Shown in pieces: positions 60,060 to 64,000 of a DNA stretch of 64,000 nt. The stretch comes from Neodothiora populina (taxonomy: Eukaryota), in the NCBI RefSeq assembly GCF_041146345.1, contig NW_027191411.1:124001-188000 (forward strand), in the 5' to 3' direction. The notes beneath the pieces were generated by a model that ran no database searches, had not been told where the DNA came from, and saw only the letters and a program-made list of their open reading frames with translations. The position numbers were made by a program, and so were the translations under genes. How positions within the stretch are numbered: the first letter of the stretch is position 1; every line of letters begins with the position of its first letter.

Positions 60060-62919
60060 TCATCCGCCTCTTTCGCCAAATTCTCGTGCCCAGTCCTCGA
60101 ACTCCTTCAAGCCTTCCTTGCTGACACTCGGCCTGATTGTTCCCAGGGATGCCTCAAAATCCTGATATTGGATAGGTCGGATGTCTTCGGGGCTCATGTG
60201 CAAGAGTTTCTCTCCCAGAGATCTGAGTGGTCCCATAGCTGCGTCTTTAGCCAAGGCAGTGATATCTGAACCTGAGAAGCCTATCAAAGGAAGATTAGTA
60301 TGCGATTTATCATAGGTTACAACAGAGATCGAGACGAAGAACAGTACCTTCGGTCCTAGCCACCAATCGGTCGAGTTCGGCCTTCCCAAGAGAATGTTTC
60401 TGAGCACTCAGCAGCGTCATCAACTGTTCCTTGCGCACCCAGTCTTCGGGCAGAGGGATGTACTGCCGCCTGACAAAACGTCTACGTGCGGCCTCATCAA
60501 TGGCCCAAGGTAAGTTCGTTGCGGCAAGCACCAGAACTCTGGTTGCGTCGCCTTCCGTGGACTCTCTACCTGCCGCTGCTCTTGCAAGATCGGACCACTG
60601 GATCAAAAACTCCGTCTTTATGCGTCTAGTAGCCTCATGTTCACTGTTACCACCTCGGCTGGACAGCAGAGAATCGATCTCGTCAACGAAAATTATAGCA
60701 GGGGCTAATGCTTTCGCCATTGTGAAAAGCGCTCGTACCAACTTCTCGGATTCACCAAGGTACTTGCTTGTAAGACTGCTTGCACTAATGGCAAAGAATG
60801 TGCTCTTGCTTTCAGTAGCGACCGCTCTTGCCAGCATCGTCTTTCCCGTTCCTGGAGGTCCAAAGAGCAGCATACCACGTGCTGGTTCACGAAGACCCAT
60901 GAAAAGATCGGGACGGAGAAAAGGGTAAACGACTGTTTCCTTCAACGCGGACTTGGCGATTTCCAAACCGGCTACGTCTGACCAGTGGACTTCATCTCCT
61001 TTGATGACGATTTCGTTCAGAATTTGCTTCGCGGCGGCTTCATCTACACCCTTGGGAAGATTCTTCAAGAGGTTGGCGACCTTTTGATCCCACTCGTCAA
61101 CTCCATTAGCAGGTTCTTCCGTCGTCTCTGGTTCGGAAGAATACTCTAGCGGAGGTACCTGGACAGGAATGGTCGATGTTGATGGTGGCGCTGTTCGTGA
61201 AGCTGATGTCGCTGCAGGTTTCTTGCGACGGACCTTAGGTGGAGCATCGACCCCACTACTAAGTGAGTCCTCGCCGCTTTGCATGCCAGCAGCGAGCTGA
61301 TCATCGAGGGCTTTTCTTGCATTTGTAGCATTAACGACGCCAACCGCCTTTCTCGGTATCGGTGGTGGAGGAGGTTTTGTTTTGGGTTTTGGAGGTGGCG
61401 CCGAAGCTTCGGCTTCCAGGTCCCTCAGTGACTTGGGTGGTCTTGCATTCGGAGGCTTACTGTATTTGCTGGGTACCGGTGCGGGATACTCTTTTCGATA
61501 AGATGGTAGACTATCCAACTTCGGCAATCTTGCTGGTGACTGTTTTCGAAGACGAGAATTGTTCGCCGATGGTATACCAGTCGATGAAGGTAGCGCAACC
61601 GAATCTGGCGGCCCTAGCTCGCGAGAACCTAGATCATCAGTAGAATTGCCAGGCGGATTTGCAGGTTGGAGAGGATTCAGGAAATTCGATTCGGGATAGG
61701 GAAGTGGCTGCGGCAGATGTTGACGTCCTCGTTCATTCGTACTGGCGTCGCCACTTCCTTGCCGGTCCATGCCTGGTCTATGAACGAAGTAATCTGATGG
61801 GCTCGGCGCACGTATCACCGGAGTAGATATGGAGGGTCTGCTAGAAGAAGCGTGTGGAGGAGGGGCGGGAGGTACGGGTGAGACTGGCCGCTCGACAAGT
61901 CTCCTTGTGTATGGATCCCAGGTTGTGACTGTAGCAGCAGGAGTGGAGCCGTTGATGTCGCTTGTAGCGTGTTCAATGCTCCCGACGCTGCTTCGCTTCG
62001 TGGTAGTAGTCCAGGCTTGAGTTGCAGCCTTTGCAGCTGCAGGAGGTTTGCCACGCAAGGTGGAAACCATCTTGCTGGAGCTTTGCCTCTCTTTGCCGCC
62101 TGATCTCAAGGTTCGTAGCATGCCGCCTCTCTTTTCCGGGCTGGGTGTCCTAGAGCCATTGCGGGGAGACGAAGCATTCCCAAGCGTTGCTGAGGGAGGA
62201 GACAGGGTGGAAGAAAATGTTGCAGTGCTTGGCTGGACCGGCGAGCTCTTCTTGCGCGAGTTGTCATTTCCAGAACTAGTCCTAGTGGTATATGATGGCC
62301 TCTTGGGTGGACCTCTCGTAGGTAGAGCAGGTGGTCTGACCAGGTCTTTGTAGCCCGTCGGAGGAACGGTTCCACCGCCCAACCAGCCAGAAGGTTGACT
62401 TTCCGGAGTACTATCTTGTTGAGACTGGTAACGGCGATTCTGTTGATGCTGTTGGTACGTGTTACCGTTAGCAGTAGAGGTATTCGTCGACGTCGGTCCT
62501 TGAGAGTTGAGAGAAGTCTGACTCTCGCTGGCAGCGTCCTTTCGACTTTGTTGCAGAGCTTCTAGAAGATCAACACGCTCTTTGCACTGTAGCTCCATCT
62601 GTCTCAGGGAATCCTGCAAGGCGCGTTCTGTTTCTGTCTTGGGTCGCCATGAACTCGGCATGCGATATGCGTTGTGATAATAAATCTGGTCTAGTGCATT
62701 GCGCCATGATCGTAGAGCTTCTGCTTCATTGTTCTGTTGGGAAAGGGAGGAAATGACGTTAGTCTGCGTCTATGATTTTGTCACGGCAGGTGCGACTTGA
62801 GTGGATCGAGAAGGAAGAGCGAAACATACCTGACTCTCGAAATACACCGCGGTAGAGCAAATGAGATAGCAATCATCATAAGTCTTTTGCATCGACGACG
62901 CAGGCTTCCCGCGCATCAT
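60060..62919 (-). CDS. Meiotic-clade AAA ATPase (spastin/fidgetin-like, Yta6/Sap1-like); introns 62734-62829 and 60281-60347
   Basis: VHWSDVAGL..AK..LKETVVYP, GMLLFGPPGTGKT, FVDEIDS, AATNLPWAIDEAARRRF, GFSGSDI, IRPSVS. N-terminal exon MMRGKPASSMQKTYDDCYLICSTAVYFE. Confidence 0.92.
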
Positions 62920-64000
62920 CGTCCTTATCTCTTTCTAATACTGTTTCTTGTCGATGTAATCCAGACACCGCTTTCTTCTTGCTTATTTGAAGCTACTACT
63001 TAACTTCAAACGACAACGAATGACACACGTGCAAATATATGCATGCTCTTTTTCCAGGACCGGTTTGCGAGTAAAAATTGTGAGGTCCAGTTGAGTCGAT
63101 CTGCTTTCGCGACGATTCAAAGCAAAGGTTCCCAAGGAAATCAAATAATTAATCCTCGTCGCCGATCTGAATATACGTCAACAGCCCAGTAAGCCCCTCG
63201 ATTGTGTCTCAAGGCGACCGACAAGCCGATAGTCGATAATAGTCGATCTGCGGACTCAGTATTACAAGTAGTGGAAGAAGTCGCGGTGGGACCCTATTTG
63301 GCTAATCTCAGATGTGTGGTATGTATTCTGCTCTTGGTGTCAAGATGGGGGGGTGAGAGTGACAAGAGACACAGACACAGACTACAAGCAATCACGGAGA
63401 GGGAATGTGGTAGGGTCTGCTGCAAGTGTTACTGCTGCTGCTACAACTGCTGCTGCTGGGCGCAACGCAGTGGGATGACGTAGTGGTCAGGTTTTCCGTG
63501 TCGCATCTGGAAGCCGTACAGAGCAGAGCAGAGACACTAAAAGAGGTGAATCTACTCCAGGCGTTGCTGGTCGCCGCCTCTAATTAGCCCTATGGTGGGC
63601 TGCTTCTTGGTACGAGCGCCCGCCAGTGGGCGGTGCAGAGGCCAAAAGTTCATATCCATCTGTTCGCCTCAGTCGTCTCTGGCTGCCTGGATTTCGTGAC
63701 TCTGACCTGCCTCATTCCTGTTGCTCTCGGGATGCCTTTTTCGCCTCCCGTCACAACGACAGATACGAGTGATCCCAAAACCTATCATCCTGTAAATCTC
63801 AGACTCAAAAGCTTCTTTTTACCTTTAAGATAACACAGTAATCAAAGAAAGTGTAAGTGTACCTAGGCCAAACGATGAGGCATCCACGACATGACATGAC
63901 ATGACATACCACTCCCTGATGTACCATGTTCTGCCGAGGCAGGGTAGGTCCCGAGCCCACATTTTAACAATACACATCATACACAGCCACATGCTACCAG

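Noticed and set aside
1..64000. Transposons, RIP-degraded repeats, CRISPR arrays, NRPS/PKS backbone genes
   Set aside because: I saw no transposase or RT motifs, terminal repeats, AT-rich RIP blocks, spaced direct repeats or biosynthetic backbone enzymes. The 42-55 kb cluster is catabolic, not biosynthetic.
63000..64000. Short ORFs at the right edge
   Set aside because: No motifs; consistent with upstream/UTR sequence of the AAA ATPase gene plus simple repeats such as (CATGA)n near 63890.

Overview
Intron-containing genomic DNA from a filamentous ascomycete. Evidence: GT-AG introns with CTRAC branch sites, Zn2Cys6 regulators and a dispersed 5S rRNA gene; a Dothideomycete-like origin is only my impression. 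The window holds about 22 protein-coding loci (one is a decayed kinase), an intron-containing tRNA-Pro(AGG) and a 5S rRNA gene. Housekeeping genes include Csr1/Sec14-family, Dam1, Ytp1-like, Slm1-like, Sgs1/RecQ and a spastin-like AAA ATPase. The main result is a compact 7-gene aromatic catabolism cluster (42336-55279): aryl-alcohol dehydrogenase, aromatic aldehyde dehydrogenase, Zn2Cys6 regulator, FAH-family hydrolase, GFA/CENP-V protein, gentisate 1,2-dioxygenase and MFS transporter. It is built as three divergent pairs plus the GFA gene, and all three divergent promoters share a CGGAA-N6-CCG (CGG-N8-CCG) site. It resembles the Candida parapsilosis gentisate cluster but has no ring hydroxylase, carrying an alcohol-to-aldehyde-to-acid arm instead. 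I infer a gentisyl- or salicyl-alcohol degradation pathway. A second module pairs a 2,2-dialkylglycine decarboxylase with a Zn2Cys6 regulator, and both promoters carry GCGGGAAA. Gene models and family calls were made by eye from motifs; no database search was run.
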